Shown here: positions 37,969 through 50,610 of the stretch, in pieces
Position numbering within the stretch: the first letter of the stretch is position 1
Layout: every line of letters begins with the position of its first letter
Position numbers and translations under genes: made by a program
Source: Octopus sinensis
Lineage: Eukaryota
Reading direction: 5' to 3'
Assembly (NCBI RefSeq): GCF_006345805.1
Contig: NC_043002.1
Location: 69,068,001-69,132,000, forward strand
Length of the DNA stretch: 64,000 bases
The notes under the pieces: generated by a model
The model's input: the letters and a program-made list of their open reading frames with translations, nothing else
What the model was told of the DNA's origin: nothing
The model's database searches: none

Positions 37969-38413
37969 ATTGTAAGATCCAATATTTTTTACTGAGTGGT
38001 TTTTACTAGTAGCTAGGTTATTTTTCAATTTTTCAAAACTTGTATGGTTTAGGTTTATGTTGATACACTTATTTTTCAGTTGTATATGTTTCTATTGCTA
38101 ACCATTCAACTATGATCAGTCACATACATTGGAGCAAGTGATTTTGTAGCTTACTTGGACACACAACAAAAGGGCTTGAACTCACCTTAACCTTTCAGCC
38201 ACTGTGTCTGTCTATCTGCCAAGACTGCTGTATTAGCCTTCATGTTTGAATAATTGTCATTTTAATGGTAACCAGCTGTAGACCACTTTAGAAATGCTTA
38301 AATTTGTGTGAGCATTGCTTTCATCTTGCTAATGTAGTATAATTCCATCTGTTGGACTGCATCTAGATTGGATTTAACAAGTTTGCTTCTTACAATGAAA
38401 ACGTTCCACTCAA

Positions 38414-38562
38414 AGGCGCACGAGTGGTTTTGTGGTAAGTAGCTTGCTGACCAACCACATGGTTCCGGGTTCAGTCCCACTGCGTGTGTCTTCTGCTATA
38501 GCCCCGGGCCGACCAATACCTTGTGAGTGGATTTGGTAGACGGAAACTGAAAGAAGCCCATC

Positions 38563-38610
<48 letters not shown>

Positions 38611-38846
38611 TATATATATAATATATATATATATGTGTGTGTGTGTCTGTGTTTGTCCCCCTAGCATTGCTTGACAACCAATGCTGGTGTGTTTACGTCC
38701 CCGTCACTTAGCGGTTTGGCAAAAGAGACTGATAGAATAAGTACTGGGCTTACAAAGAATAAGTCCCGGGGTCGATTTGCTCGACTAAAGTCGGTGCTCC
38801 AGTATGGCCGCAGTCAAATGACTGAAACAAGTAAAAGAATAAAGAA
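38414..38846 (+). mobile_element. Young full-length SINE family A with expanded internal (AT)n
   Basis: CpG-rich copy (ccccgggccgacc, tcccggggtcgatttgctcgac) with about 70 bp of (AT)n at 38563-38633. Confidence 0.92.
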
Positions 38847-41496
38847 TTCTTTGTTATTATTGAATGCTTTCTATTAAAAATGTGAACATGGGGCAGCTGA
38901 GTGAATTACTAACTTACTTTTCACTGTTTGTGAGTTTGAAGTCAATGCAAGGACTGTTATGTTTCTGGTTCAAGCACTTTATTCTACATTGTTTTAGTTT
39001 CTTTAGGTATAAGTAGGTTATTTGGAATGTTACCTGTAGTAAACAGGTCATAGCCATGGGAAGATAGCTCTCTAATCAGTTAATATCTCTGCTCCATAAC
39101 AGTTTCTCAGGGCTTAGTAGGCATTAATAATAATAGGATAAAGTTTTATGAAAGCAAATTTTCTATTTCATTTTAATTTGGAATGAGTTTTTTCTCTGTC
39201 CATTATCTAACATTTTGTTTGTTTATACTTTTAGGAAAAAATATTCTCATTTTAATGATAGTATACAACTATAAACCATGAGATTATTTTCAGATTGTCA
39301 AAACAGCACAGTTGAGAGGGCATTAGGCTGAAAAGGGTCTCTAGTTCAATCTTGGGTTTCAGCATGATGATGTTCTATTTTGTTTTGGAAATTGCTTTCT
39401 GAAATCCCTGTAATTAGGGAGGGTGATAGACGGGGGAATTTTTTTTTTTTTTGCCAATCACTAGCATATTGTTGCATGATCATCATTATAAATAAAATTT
39501 TCTGCTGACGATTTGGTGTGTCATTAGAGTTGTTTTATCATTGTTATCTCTATTGACAGTGACTAACCATAAATTCATTACTTATTTCAATAGATTCATT
39601 AATTTACTGCATAAAATTATTACAATTTTATGATAAAAGATAAACATAATAGTAAGTTTATAATAAATATGTCCCATCTCAATGTTGTTAATTCAATATG
39701 TTACATTCAAAGCACTAATGAAATGTCAGTTGTTACCTCTTACCTATCTAACCCTCTCTCATAGCTTCTCTTTCTACTACCTTTACTCCCATTAAACTAC
39801 TTACTTTACTTCTGTTATAACTACATATTCCCCTTATCTTTCACCAGCTATTAGGTAGCTGTGTCTCTTGGATGTGTGTATGTAAGCATGCATGACAAAT
39901 TTTATATATACTCTATTTGGTTGACTGGGGAGATTTTTATCACTTTTGTCTCCACAACAACTACATAAAAACTTATATTTTAATATTTTTTCTTTAATGT
40001 TTTTTAATCCCATTTTCAGACATTTACCTACAAAGTCATTCCCATTTATTATTAGTTCATTAGTTTTTTTCCCCCATTTTTCTTCACACACTCACACAAG
40101 TGTGTGTATATGTATGAATAAATTTATTTGTGTTTGAAGATTCATTGAAAAGATTAGATTATAAAAAAAAAAACTAAGCTGTTGCTGGCTTAGCCTTGGG
40201 AATAAATGTTATTATCACTTACAGTTTAACTAATTTAATTGCGTATTAGCATAGAAAACCTGCTTTGTATAATTAATATGATTCTACTTGAACTCTCTAT
40301 ATCATCAAAAGCAAAGCCTGTAACATTAGTCTAAAGAATGGAAAGCTAAGATAAAAAGTTATGTTTTCTGTCAGGTTAGTGTCAGAAAAGTATATGAGCT
40401 TTATTTATTAAAGTAAATATGAAAAATACTTGTAAAGCTAATAATGAGTGTTACCATTTGTTTTTTTGTCCGATTTATATCATTTGTAGGTGATTTAAAG
40501 TTAAAGCAGATCAGATCTCTAACTAAATATGCTTACATGTTAAGGTGGTGTCAGTTTTAGTGATTGGGTGTGTTGTCACCATTATCATTTGTAAATATAA
40601 TCAAAAGAGCTTAATAAATTATGACACTGTTGAGCACAATCTCTATCAATTTGTTACTAGTTCTCAAAATTGGATAGGATTTTGTGCTGTAAGAAGAGAG
40701 CCCTAACATTTCAGGCTTGATTTTTTTTTTCTCTTACAATGAAAGGGCTCAGCTCAAAGTGTTTGAATTCATTTCTCTTCACAACATCCAGACTTGTGTT
40801 TCATGAACATCAAAACTGTTTATGCTGACTGCAAGATTTTTAAAATTCTATTTTCGATTAGCAAAGCATTTAATGTTATATCCTCTCAGTTATCTTTTTA
40901 CAAAATTAGTGGTTTCATACCTTTGCATGGGGAGAATCAAGACTCAGTGGTTCTACTTTATGATTGCTGTTTATTCTAACATACCTAAAGATAAGGGCCC
41001 TTCAGATTTGTATTCAGACATACCTCGTGCAAGCTATTGAACAGTTGAACATTGTAATCTCTTATCATGAATGAAAGGTGAAGATTACTGGTTTGGTAGG
41101 CCATATGAATTAAAGTTTTAATGTTATGGATTGATTTTGTACATTTTATACAGGAATAAACATTTGAAATTTTGTTGCAGAATAATTCAGTATGCCCTAA
41201 AAGCACATATTGAACTTCATGAAAATTGTCATTGTTAATTTTGTTTTTCACAATACATTCATTTTCCTTTAATCCCTGGTTTCTGCTTTGATTCAGTATC
41301 TGTGCAGAGAAGCAGTATTCAGTGTAAAGTAGCCAGTATTGATTGCTCTTTTCCCAAACACCTGAATTTTTAATTAACTTGAGATTTCCGAATTCTGAGG
41401 AGAACTTATACATGAGGATTGTGTTGGACAAATTTGGTGGAGCAATTTGCATTCCATTCATAAAATGTTTACATATCAAAAACACTCCTTCATTGT

Positions 41497-41745
41497 GGAG
41501 GCACATGGCCTAGTGGTTAGGGTGTTGGGTGCATGATTGTAAGATTGTGGCTTTGATTCCTGGATTAGGCAACCCATTGTGTTCTTCAGTAAACCTCTTA
41601 AATTCCTGTTGCTCCAGTCCACTCAGCTGGCAAAGATGAGTAATCCTGAAATGGACCAGTGTTCCATCCATGTGGGGAATTTATATGCCACAGAAATTGA
41701 GAAACTGGCCCTTGTGAGTCAGCATGACTCAAAAAAGTAACTTTA
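41497..41745 (+). mobile_element. tRNA-derived SINE family G; second degenerate copy at 48420-48670 (-)
   Basis: A-box tggcctagtggttagg, central ttgctccagtccactcagct domain, imperfect TSD actccttcatt/actcctccatt. Confidence 0.75.
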
Positions 41746-41838
41746 CTCCTCCATTATTGAAGAGTTCACAGCTCATAGTCAAGAAAGAAGATTGTTAAAT
41801 CATTGGCTGACTGTTCTTGCCTCATTGAGTCTTGTAAG

Positions 41839-41843
<5 letters not shown>

Positions 41844-41902
<59 letters not shown>
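41844..41902. repeat. (CA)n microsatellite
   Basis: Read directly from the sequence. Confidence 0.95.
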
Positions 41903-41908
<6 letters not shown>

Positions 41909-42594
41909 TAAAAGTGCAGCATTGCTCTAGATTATGTTATTAATAGCTTCAGTTAGGGTACAAAGCTTATGGGTTGCAGAGTTACTTGAAAGTAGAAATG
42001 ACCCTTATTTTATAATAGGAGCTTTTATAGCTATTTAAAATAGAAAGATAAGGTTCTATTGGATGAATATCAACAGAAAGCTATTGAAATAGGATATTGC
42101 TGAAGGACAGTTTCAAGTTTCATGAAAAAAATACATGCAAATGAGAATGGAGATATATAAATGAGAAGGCTGCAACACAGTTTGAATATAATCTGGTTGA
42201 TAATATAGTTGATGTCAACTACAAGTGGCTTCACAATACCTAGTTTAAATCTTGAACAACAGTTCTCTATATCACTAATTACTTACCAATGGAAAATGAA
42301 GCTAACTCTGTTTACAAAATTCAGCGACAAGTTCATGCATTGAGAAATTTGTTGACAATGGAAGCCAAGAGATGGCAGTGAAACACTTTTCTATTCAGCA
42401 TGATTCAACCTCATCAGCTAAAAACAGGCAATTAGTTTGCTATGATGTTTATGTAATACTAAATGTCTACTGATATTGTGAATCAAATATACTAAGTATA
42501 ACAATATAAACAACCGAGAATATATAACTAAAATGAGAAACTTTGCTACAATTTTGCAGAACAATTAATAATAATATTAGTTGTATTAATATTT

Positions 42595-42803
42595 TAAGGT
42601 AGGAAGCTAGCAAAATCATTACCATGCCAGACAAAATGCTACTAAGCATTTTGTCTGTCTTTATGTTCTGAGTTCAAATTCCACTGAGGTTAACCTTGCT
42701 TTTCATCCTTTCTGGGTGGACAGAATAAGGACCAGTTAAGCACTGGGGTTGATGTAATTGTTTTACTCTCAAACTTGTTGGCCTTGTGCCAAAATTTGAA
42801 ACC
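42595..42803 (+). mobile_element. SINE family D
   Basis: aaggtaggaagctagcaaaatc...gttctgagttcaaattcc...ggccttgtgccaaaatttgaaacc. Confidence 0.8.
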
Positions 42804-42942
42804 CAATATTGGTTATAACTTTCACTTCAAAGATGATAATTTTGAGGAAAGGGATTATCAAATATATTGACCTCAATATGTACTAGTATAAATTTTATCA
42901 AATCTGGAAGGTTTTAAGACAAAACTGATCCCTCATGTGATA

Positions 42943-43138
42943 TTAACACTTTCAACCCGGAATTTTTTCTCAAGTCAGTAATGGCAGGGGTTTGTATGCT
43001 TGCAAGCCTTTTGAGCTATCATCATATGTCTGGCGCTACATACTTTCCAGAAAAACTGGAGCGGTACAATACTGCATCACATAGTTTGTAAAATTTTTGA
43101 CTGGTACAAATATGTACCAGCTGGGCCAAAAGGATTAA
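42943..43138. mobile_element. Possible third TTAA-flanked MITE
   Basis: ttaacactttcaacccgg ... ctgggccaaaaggattaa imperfect inverted ends; single copy in the window. Confidence 0.35.
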
Positions 43139-43868
43139 CTGATAATGTAAAGAGATGTTACAAGATACTGCAAGGGATTTTGTTTAATAGTATTAATAAA
43201 TATATAAAAAGGACTATTCATTGTGGCCTGTGGCAAATCTCATTTTAATCTAGTAAAAAGTTATGCAGATGAATTGGTACAGAATTGAGATGCAAAACTA
43301 TCCAAGCCATGCTTCTATGAATAGAAACGAGTGACACTGTTTTACAGGTGATGTCTCATTTCCAGTCTTCTATGAAAACATGTCCAACCAAGGCGAAAAT
43401 ATTACCTTGCTTGAAAACGTGTGAGAATTGGTAAAGGCAGGGCATTCGACGATAGAAAATCAGCCCAAACATTCTGTCTGACCCATGCAAGCTTGGAAAA
43501 GTAAATGTTTATGTGATGATAATGTGTTTGTATGTGTGGACAGTGTTACAAGAGTATTAGTAGCTAAGTGATGTACGACAAATGACTTTCATGCCTAATA
43601 TTCAATATAATTATGAAATCGGACAGAAGCAAACTTGATGGTATAGGTGTGTCTTAAATGGTTATCATGGCTTTACCATGATGCAGTTGTTTAGTTTCAA
43701 CATAAAAATCTCAAAAAAAAAAAAAAAAAAAGTATCATTTGATAAGGAACTACAACTTAAAAATTTCTGTCCCATATTTCAAGAATGTAATAATAACCTT
43801 ATCAATTTTGATTAGTATTTAATAATTCATTTGACTAAACTGGTGAATATTTCTGTTCTTCTTGTCAG

Positions 43869-43941
43869 GTTCCTTCATATGGAGGACCCCAAACCATGCT
43901 ATTGGTAACTGAATCTGCTGTATTTGATCAGTATTTAAATG
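43869..43941 (+). CDS. Candidate internal coding exon (VPSYGGPQTMLLVTESAVFDQYLN-G), unknown protein
   Basis: Strong acceptor ttctgttcttcttgtcag|, consensus donor g|gtaagt at 43942, 73 nt open in phase 0 to phase 1, non-repetitive. Confidence 0.55.
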
Positions 43942-43999
43942 GTAAGTTGTTCATTTCTCATTATAATCAAATAATTACTGCATTTGTCACCTGATCACA

Positions 44000-44198
44000 C
44001 ATTCTCTTTCTCTCACTCTCTGTCTCCTCTCACATGCTCTCTCTCTCACACAGTTACACATTCTGAAATATGCACACCTACCAGTGCATACATTCATTCA
44101 CATGTACACAAACACCTCAGCTTTTCACCCACACACTCACATCTTCATGTTCACTTGTACACATGTACATATTCTTGTGTGTTTCTCTCTCTTTCTCT

Positions 44199-44241
<43 letters not shown>

Positions 44242-44403
44242 ACTCTAACATTTTCTTTCTCTTACCCTTCCTAACCTTCCTTTCTCACTAGGACTTATGC
44301 TATCTTACACACACATACACTCTCTTTGTCTCTGTCTTTTTCTCTCACTCTCCCTTTCTCTCTCTCTCTCTGTCAGTGGAACCCTTCTCTCATACACTCT
44401 CAA

Positions 44404-44439
<36 letters not shown>

Positions 44440-44510
44440 ACTCGCATGCACACTCATGCTTGTTCCATATCTCCTGTAACGTACATTCTCTCATGTACAC
44501 TCTCTCGTCG
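44000..44510. repeat. CT/CA-rich low-complexity tract with (CT)n runs
   Basis: Read directly from the sequence; it accounts for the four overlapping SLSLS ORFs. Confidence 0.9.
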
Positions 44511-45241
44511 TCAGTCTATTCTTTTGGCTGTACTGATTCATACAATTGATGGAAGCAATGCTCTGAGAGAGAACTTTGTTGGTAAGTATTTAATCAGAGA
44601 AGAAACTGGGCATATCATCTTCTCTGGATAGGGTTAAGGTCACTCGTGATGCTGTTATATACTCTTGGTTTTCTTTCTCTCTTTTTTAGTCTCCATATTT
44701 GTTTCCTTTTTTCCAGTTGTTGTATGTGGCCTTTTGTTTAGTTTTTGGCTAATTCTGAAACTTAGATCACACCCAACAGTTTTGTAAAACACATTCTTGT
44801 GTAATTTAAACATTCTTATGTAATTTATATTGTGCTGTGACATTCTTATATATGATTTAACCCATTCAAGTTCGCAACAGTGCCATTTTCTTACATTCTG
44901 TCTTGGATCTCTTTCCTTGTATTTTTATAGACATTTTGTTCTCGCCCACTGTGATTCCTATTCATTGACAGAAGTGTTTACAGTTATAGTTAGTAGCAAT
45001 GTGATTCTAGCAGCTATGCTCTACCACTGGGCAGGGCATATTAGACAGCTTCCTTCTGTCTGTTTACCTAAAAATGGTTGCCAGTTTTAGTGCTGGATTA
45101 CAGAATTAATGTTATTCTCTGAAGAGAATAAAAATAATACAAAACTAGACTTGAGACAAATAACGATAGTTTGTCTCATCTGACAAAACCGTACATCTAT
45201 TTAAGGCACACATGCATTTAATTTATTTACTGTTATTTAGT

Positions 45242-45378
45242 TTAATCCCTTTGATACCAACCTGGCTGAAACTGGCTCTGGCCCTGTAGTACAAATGTCT
45301 TGTTTTCATTTGTTTTGAATTAAAATCTTCCACCAAACTTTAATCACAATTTATGTTCCTAACATAAGTGGGTAAATC
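45242..45378 (+). mobile_element. Internally deleted family E MITE
   Basis: The first ~125 bp match 8217-8340. Confidence 0.8.
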
Positions 45379-45537
45379 TTTAAAGATAACATGATGCAAA
45401 ATGAAATGCTTGGTGAAATGCTGCATTGCATGTCTGTCCAAACCATATCAATAAGGGAAACTGAAGCTTAATAATAATATTGATGATGATGATGATTATG
45501 ACAATGATGATGATGATGATGTATTCATATATGTATA

Positions 45538-46950
45538 TCCTTGCTTCGCTGACAAAGATTAGGAAGGCTGTTGCCCACGTCATCTGCATGTTCATTTGTG
45601 GCTGATAAGGCCGATGTGGGATCGACATATCTGATTGCAATGATGATAGAAGTATGATTGTCCTGGGTCTGATGATGCAGCTGCGTTATTTTTTTGCCTC
45701 TGGCGTTTCTCTTCAAGAGAGGCACTGTGAGAGATCTCAAAGGAGGAAACAGCATTGTTGATGGTATGATGCCAGGCAGCATGGTCAGCTCACGATAATC
45801 AATGTCACAAATGCCAAGGAACTGTTTCAGGCAATCCTTGTAACATTTCTTTGGTGCCTTCCTGTTGCAGTGGCCAGTGGTGAGCTCACCATACATGATG
45901 ATCTTAGGTATGTGGTGGTCTTTCATCTTGTCAACATGTCCTGCCCAATGTAGTCAAGTCTCAAGTAAAATGGCTTCTAGGCTGGTGACCTTTGCTTGCT
46001 TGAGGACCTCAGTGTTGGTGATGTAGTCGCTCCAGTAGATGTTGAGGATGGTACGAAGGCAACGTTGGTGAAAACGTTCAAGGAACCTGAGATGACAGTG
46101 GTAGGGGACCCAGGACTCGGAGCCATATAGGAGCATCATGAAGATGATGGCCCTGTAGACTCTGATTTTTGTGCTTATCTTAAGATGCTTATTATTCCAC
46201 ACAAGCTTGTGCAGTCTACCAAATGTTTTGTTTGCCTTTTCAAGTCTGTTGTCAATTTCTTTGTTGATACTCACATCTGGTGAAATGGTACATCCAAGAT
46301 AAGTGATCTGCTGTACTGACTTCAGTTCTGTTTCAGCAATGGTGATGTGGGCATCCTGTACTCTTCCTGAGGTGCTGGTTGGTGTAGGACTTCAGTCTTT
46401 TTCAAGCTTACTTCCAGCCTGATGAATTGGGCATCCTCTACAATGCAGGATGTGACGTGCTGCAGGTCTCTTTCTGTGTATGTGACAAGTGCAGCATCAT
46501 CTGCAAAGAGGAAGTCCTGGATCACTGTTCTTGAGTCTTGGTGTGGGCCAGTAGGTACTGGAGGTTGGAAAGACTGCCGTCCAGACAGTTCCTGATGTGG
46601 ACATCATCTTCAGCATTGAGGTCTGCAGTGGCCTGCTTGAGCATCATGCTGAAGAGAGTTGGTGCTAGGGCACAATCCTGCTTCTCCCTGTTGTTGATGG
46701 GGAATGGCTCTAATATGTTGTTATTCAGGTGGACTTGTCCTTGCTGGTCTTTGTGAAGCTGGATGATCATGGTTAGGAATTTTGGGGAACAGCCAAGTCA
46801 GTTTAGGATCTGCCACAGACCTTTCTTGCTCACAGTGTCGAACGCTTTTGTCAGATTGACAAATGTTACATAAAATTACTTGTTTTCCTCCCAGTACTTT
46901 TCCTGGAGCTGCCTGAAAACAAAAACCATATCTATTGTGCTCCTGTTGGC
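45538..46950 (-). mobile_element. RTE/BovB-like LINE, pseudogenised RT and C-terminus
   Basis: Frameshifted peptides ANRSTIDMVFVFRQLQEK, KQDCALAPTLFS, DFLFADDAAL, KEIDNRLEKANKTFGRL, LLYGSESW, LERFHQRCLRTILNI and IPKIIMYGEL are diagnostic of the RTE clade. Confidence 0.93.
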
Positions 46951-47292
46951 AATCCTCCACATCCAGCAATAACCAGTCAGAGTGCAATTAAATGAGACCA
47001 CAATTGCCATAGGCTGGCAGAAGAGCAGAAAGGCAGCAAGAGTTGATAGCATACCATCAGAGATATAGAAGCATGGGGTCCTGACATACATGCTAAACTC
47101 CATGAGCTCCTTATTGCATGCTGGGCACAGGGCAAGCTGCCACAAGATCTCTGCAATGCTGTCATTATTACACTATACAAAAACTAAGAGGAAAAGTCAG
47201 ATTGCTCAAACTACTAAGGGATCACCCTGCTTTCCACTGCAGAAGAATTTCTAACAAGACTACTCCTCAACAGACCTGTTCTGTCCATTGCA
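46951..47292 (+). mobile_element. Inverted 5' segment of the same RTE LINE (start of RT domain)
   Basis: Reads on + (with stops and a frameshift) as KAARVDSIPSEI*KHG..HAKLHELLIACWAQGKLPQDLCNAVIITLYKN*EEKSDCSNY*GITLLSTA..LLLNR, the region immediately upstream of the - strand part. Confidence 0.88.
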
Positions 47293-48091
47293 TATATATA
47301 TATATATAATATATATATATATGCACACATATGATTGTATTTCTTTGTCTTGACATCATATGTCAGTTGTAAATGAGTATCATTGTCGTACTAGTGGTAT
47401 AATTAATGTCCAAAATTCTGCAGAAATATGTCTAGTTTTGGGAGAAATAATAACTTGCTTGGAAACAGGTGAAGGTTGGCAACAGGGAAAGCATCGTGAC
47501 TATAGAAAATTTTCCTCAGTAAACTCCATCCAACTCTTGCAAGCATGGAAAAGTAGGTATTGAAATAATATTTTGGTTTTTATATATAAAAAAGCAAAAA
47601 AAAAGCATTGTTCTTTTTTTTTTTTATTGATATCAACTCTAGGCTTTTTTCACTACTTTAGATGATTTCTTGAAATTTATTGTTATCTGACATTAATTTG
47701 ATGTGTGCGCGTGTATATATGTGCAAAAATATTGAAGTACTTAATGTTGCTTAGTATCTTCAAACCCCTTACTTAGTCTGCTGTTACCTAACTTAATATG
47801 TAATGTTAGATGTAAATGGTTTACCTTGTACAAACAATGAGGAGTCTACTTTAATCTTAATCTTATTTTGTAGTTGGAAGATAATCTTTATTACTGAGGA
47901 AAATATAGGCTAAAAGCATACTCTCATTTGCACAATGAATAGACTAATTTAATCTTGACTGTGTAGCTAGTTGATTATTTTGAAGTAAATACAGTATACT
48001 AAGTGTATACAATATACAATAATATGTCAATATATTGCCTGCTGTTAAATTTGAGCACTGTCAGATGTCTACTTCTCAGACTGCTTGCTAT

Positions 48092-48320
48092 TTAACCCTT
48101 GTGTTAGTATAGATCTAATGAAATGTGGTAATAAAAGGATTTAAAAAATAAGTCTTTGGTTGGATTTAATAAAATGAACTGTTTCATTGTTAAGACAGTG
48201 TTTATAACATAACTTGATGAAAATTATAAGTAGTTATGATGGAAGGTTTTCATTTAGATATGAACATGTTAAAGCAAGCAGTTTTGTATAATGAAAGCTG
48301 GTTGATACGAAGAGGGTTAA
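48092..48320 (-). mobile_element. Diverged family E piggyBac-type MITE
   Basis: ttaacccttg...gagggttaa ends, 229 bp, weak internal similarity. Confidence 0.65.
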
Positions 48321-49965
48321 AATACACACTATAGAATATCTGTCTTTGAAACCATACATGTGAAGGTAAATAACTATCTAAACTGTATTATCATCATTGT
48401 CAACCCTGGATATTACTGTCTGGTGTCCTGGGATTCATAAGGCTGGTTTACCTAATTTCCATGGTGTATGAATGACTGAGATCACAACACACCCCACTGA
48501 ATAAGATGTCAGTCAGTTGCAGGATTATTCATTTAAAGCTGAGTGGACTGGAGCAACATGAAATGAATTTTTTTTTTTGCTGAAGATGATAACACACTGC
48601 CCAGTCTGAGAATCAAAACCACAATTTTACTATTGAGTTTAACATCCTTACCACCAGACCACATTCCTTCACTAAACAGTATTATAACAAGGTTTAAGTA
48701 ATTGTCTGTAGAGTTCTGGCTATGGGAGTCAATTAGATCTTGCTTCTTAAGTTAAGTGTGATGTTGCAATTAGAGCATGCAGTATGTATTCTATATTACA
48801 CTTATGTCCATATGATTCAATTGTTTGATTTCATCTGGTGAGCCCCCCCACAACTTCCATCTAGTTGGTTTTACAATGCGTTGGTCAAGATGCTACACTG
48901 TGTGATTGAACCAGGGACCTCTTGGTTTGTGAAGTAAACTTCTTAATTGCATGATCAAGCCTTGCTTTGCCTGTATCTTTTATTCAATAATATTCTATTA
49001 TTTGCTGTGTACTGATTCCATCTAAGAATTCCCTTAAGGATACACATCTCTCTGGAAAGCTCAGCCATTGACACTAAGTAGGTAGTTCAGTTGATAGGAC
49101 AAAATGAAATACTCATTGTTATAAAATCGATGAAGGATTCATGATAAAACAGTTTCTGATCATATCTACTACAGAGACCCCTCACTTTTTTAAGATTTAA
49201 GTTTCAACATAATGCAAGGTGTGGACCTAGTGAAGGCATTGACCTTTGGTTGTGTGTATCTGAGCTTAATACAAGAAAAAAAAAAGATTTTAAGTAGGTG
49301 CTGTAGTAGATTTGTGAGTGGATGGGCATATAGTGTTTTGTGGGCTCAAGTAGACTACTGTGTTGTAAGTGGCATTTTAGTTTTAAAATAATTTGGTTGT
49401 GTAAATGATTTGTAGTATGTGTGTGTGTGTGTGTGTGCATGCATCTACAGTCTGTTATGATACAGAGGGCAAATGCTTAGAATGTTTAGCTTATTGTAGT
49501 TTGTGGTGGAGTTGGCAAGGGGGAGGGGGTAGACTGCATTAACATAACACATGATAGAGGTTATACATTGTTTGAAGACTAATGTCATGGTTTCTCTGTT
49601 TTACCAAATATTGTACCATTAAGTGTGTGTGTGTTTTTAAACTTTTTTAATCTAGTAATTGTGTCATGCATGTACTGAGTAAATGATATTTACAAGTTTT
49701 ATGTAGGTGGCTGGGACTTTTGTTTTTGTGTATGGATGTGTGATGCTGGTTTTTTGAATGGTATTAGACAATGTTCTCGTGTATTGCTTGTGGATAGAGC
49801 ACTGGTTGATTTACTAATGTGCTTAGGGTCAACATACATATTTTGTTTAGGGAATTGTCAGTGATCTTCATTGAGATTTTGAATTTGAAAACATAAGACA
49901 GCAATTTAGGATTCTGCAAAGCTATTTATTTTGACTAAGATGACATGTAAAGAATTATTATTTAA

Positions 49966-50163
49966 GAAGGTGAGATGGCAGAATTATTAGAGTGTTGGGA
50001 AAAAATGCTTTGCAGTATTTGTTTTGGCTGTGAATTCTGTCAAGGCTAGGTTTGTCTTTCATCTTTTCAAGGTTGGTAAAATATAATACCAGCCAAGTAT
50101 TGGGACCAGTCTAATCAACTTACCCCACTTCACCTCAAAACTGCTGGCCTTGTGCCAAAATTA
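49966..50163 (+). mobile_element. Degenerate SINE family D
   Basis: aaggtgagatggcagaattattagag...ctgctggccttgtgccaaaatta. Confidence 0.75.
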
Positions 50164-50610
50164 AAGAGAGAGTGGAATTTCAACTTCTTGTCTGACAAGT
50201 CAGTCTAACTCTTATTTACACATACCGCATACACATTGACATTGCTTGGTTCATAGACAATATTTTCAATACTTCATTTTTGTAGGCCACTTGAGTTAGA
50301 TGAGGTTGAGCCAAACAAAACTCAGATATGAATATGAACCCAATCTTTCTCATCTAGAATATAGATGATAATTTATTACCAATTCTTGTGACAATATATA
50401 TGTTACAACACTGGTATCTCCATTGTTGAATTTGAAGTCTGAAATAGGTTTGCTCAAAAAAGGAGAAAAATTTTCTAGCTTACAATAATGGTCTCCCTCC
50501 ATAAATATATTTTTCTTTCTGATGTTTTGAGTTGGAATGAAGATTCAAAAGCTCTTGTAAGCAGACATTACATCATCACTCTCATCATCATAAATAATAA
50601 TGATAATAAT

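Noticed and set aside
40985-41506. 173-aa ORF on the - strand
   Set aside because: It has AT-rich intron-like composition, starts inside a SINE head, and shows no recognisable domain or splice support.
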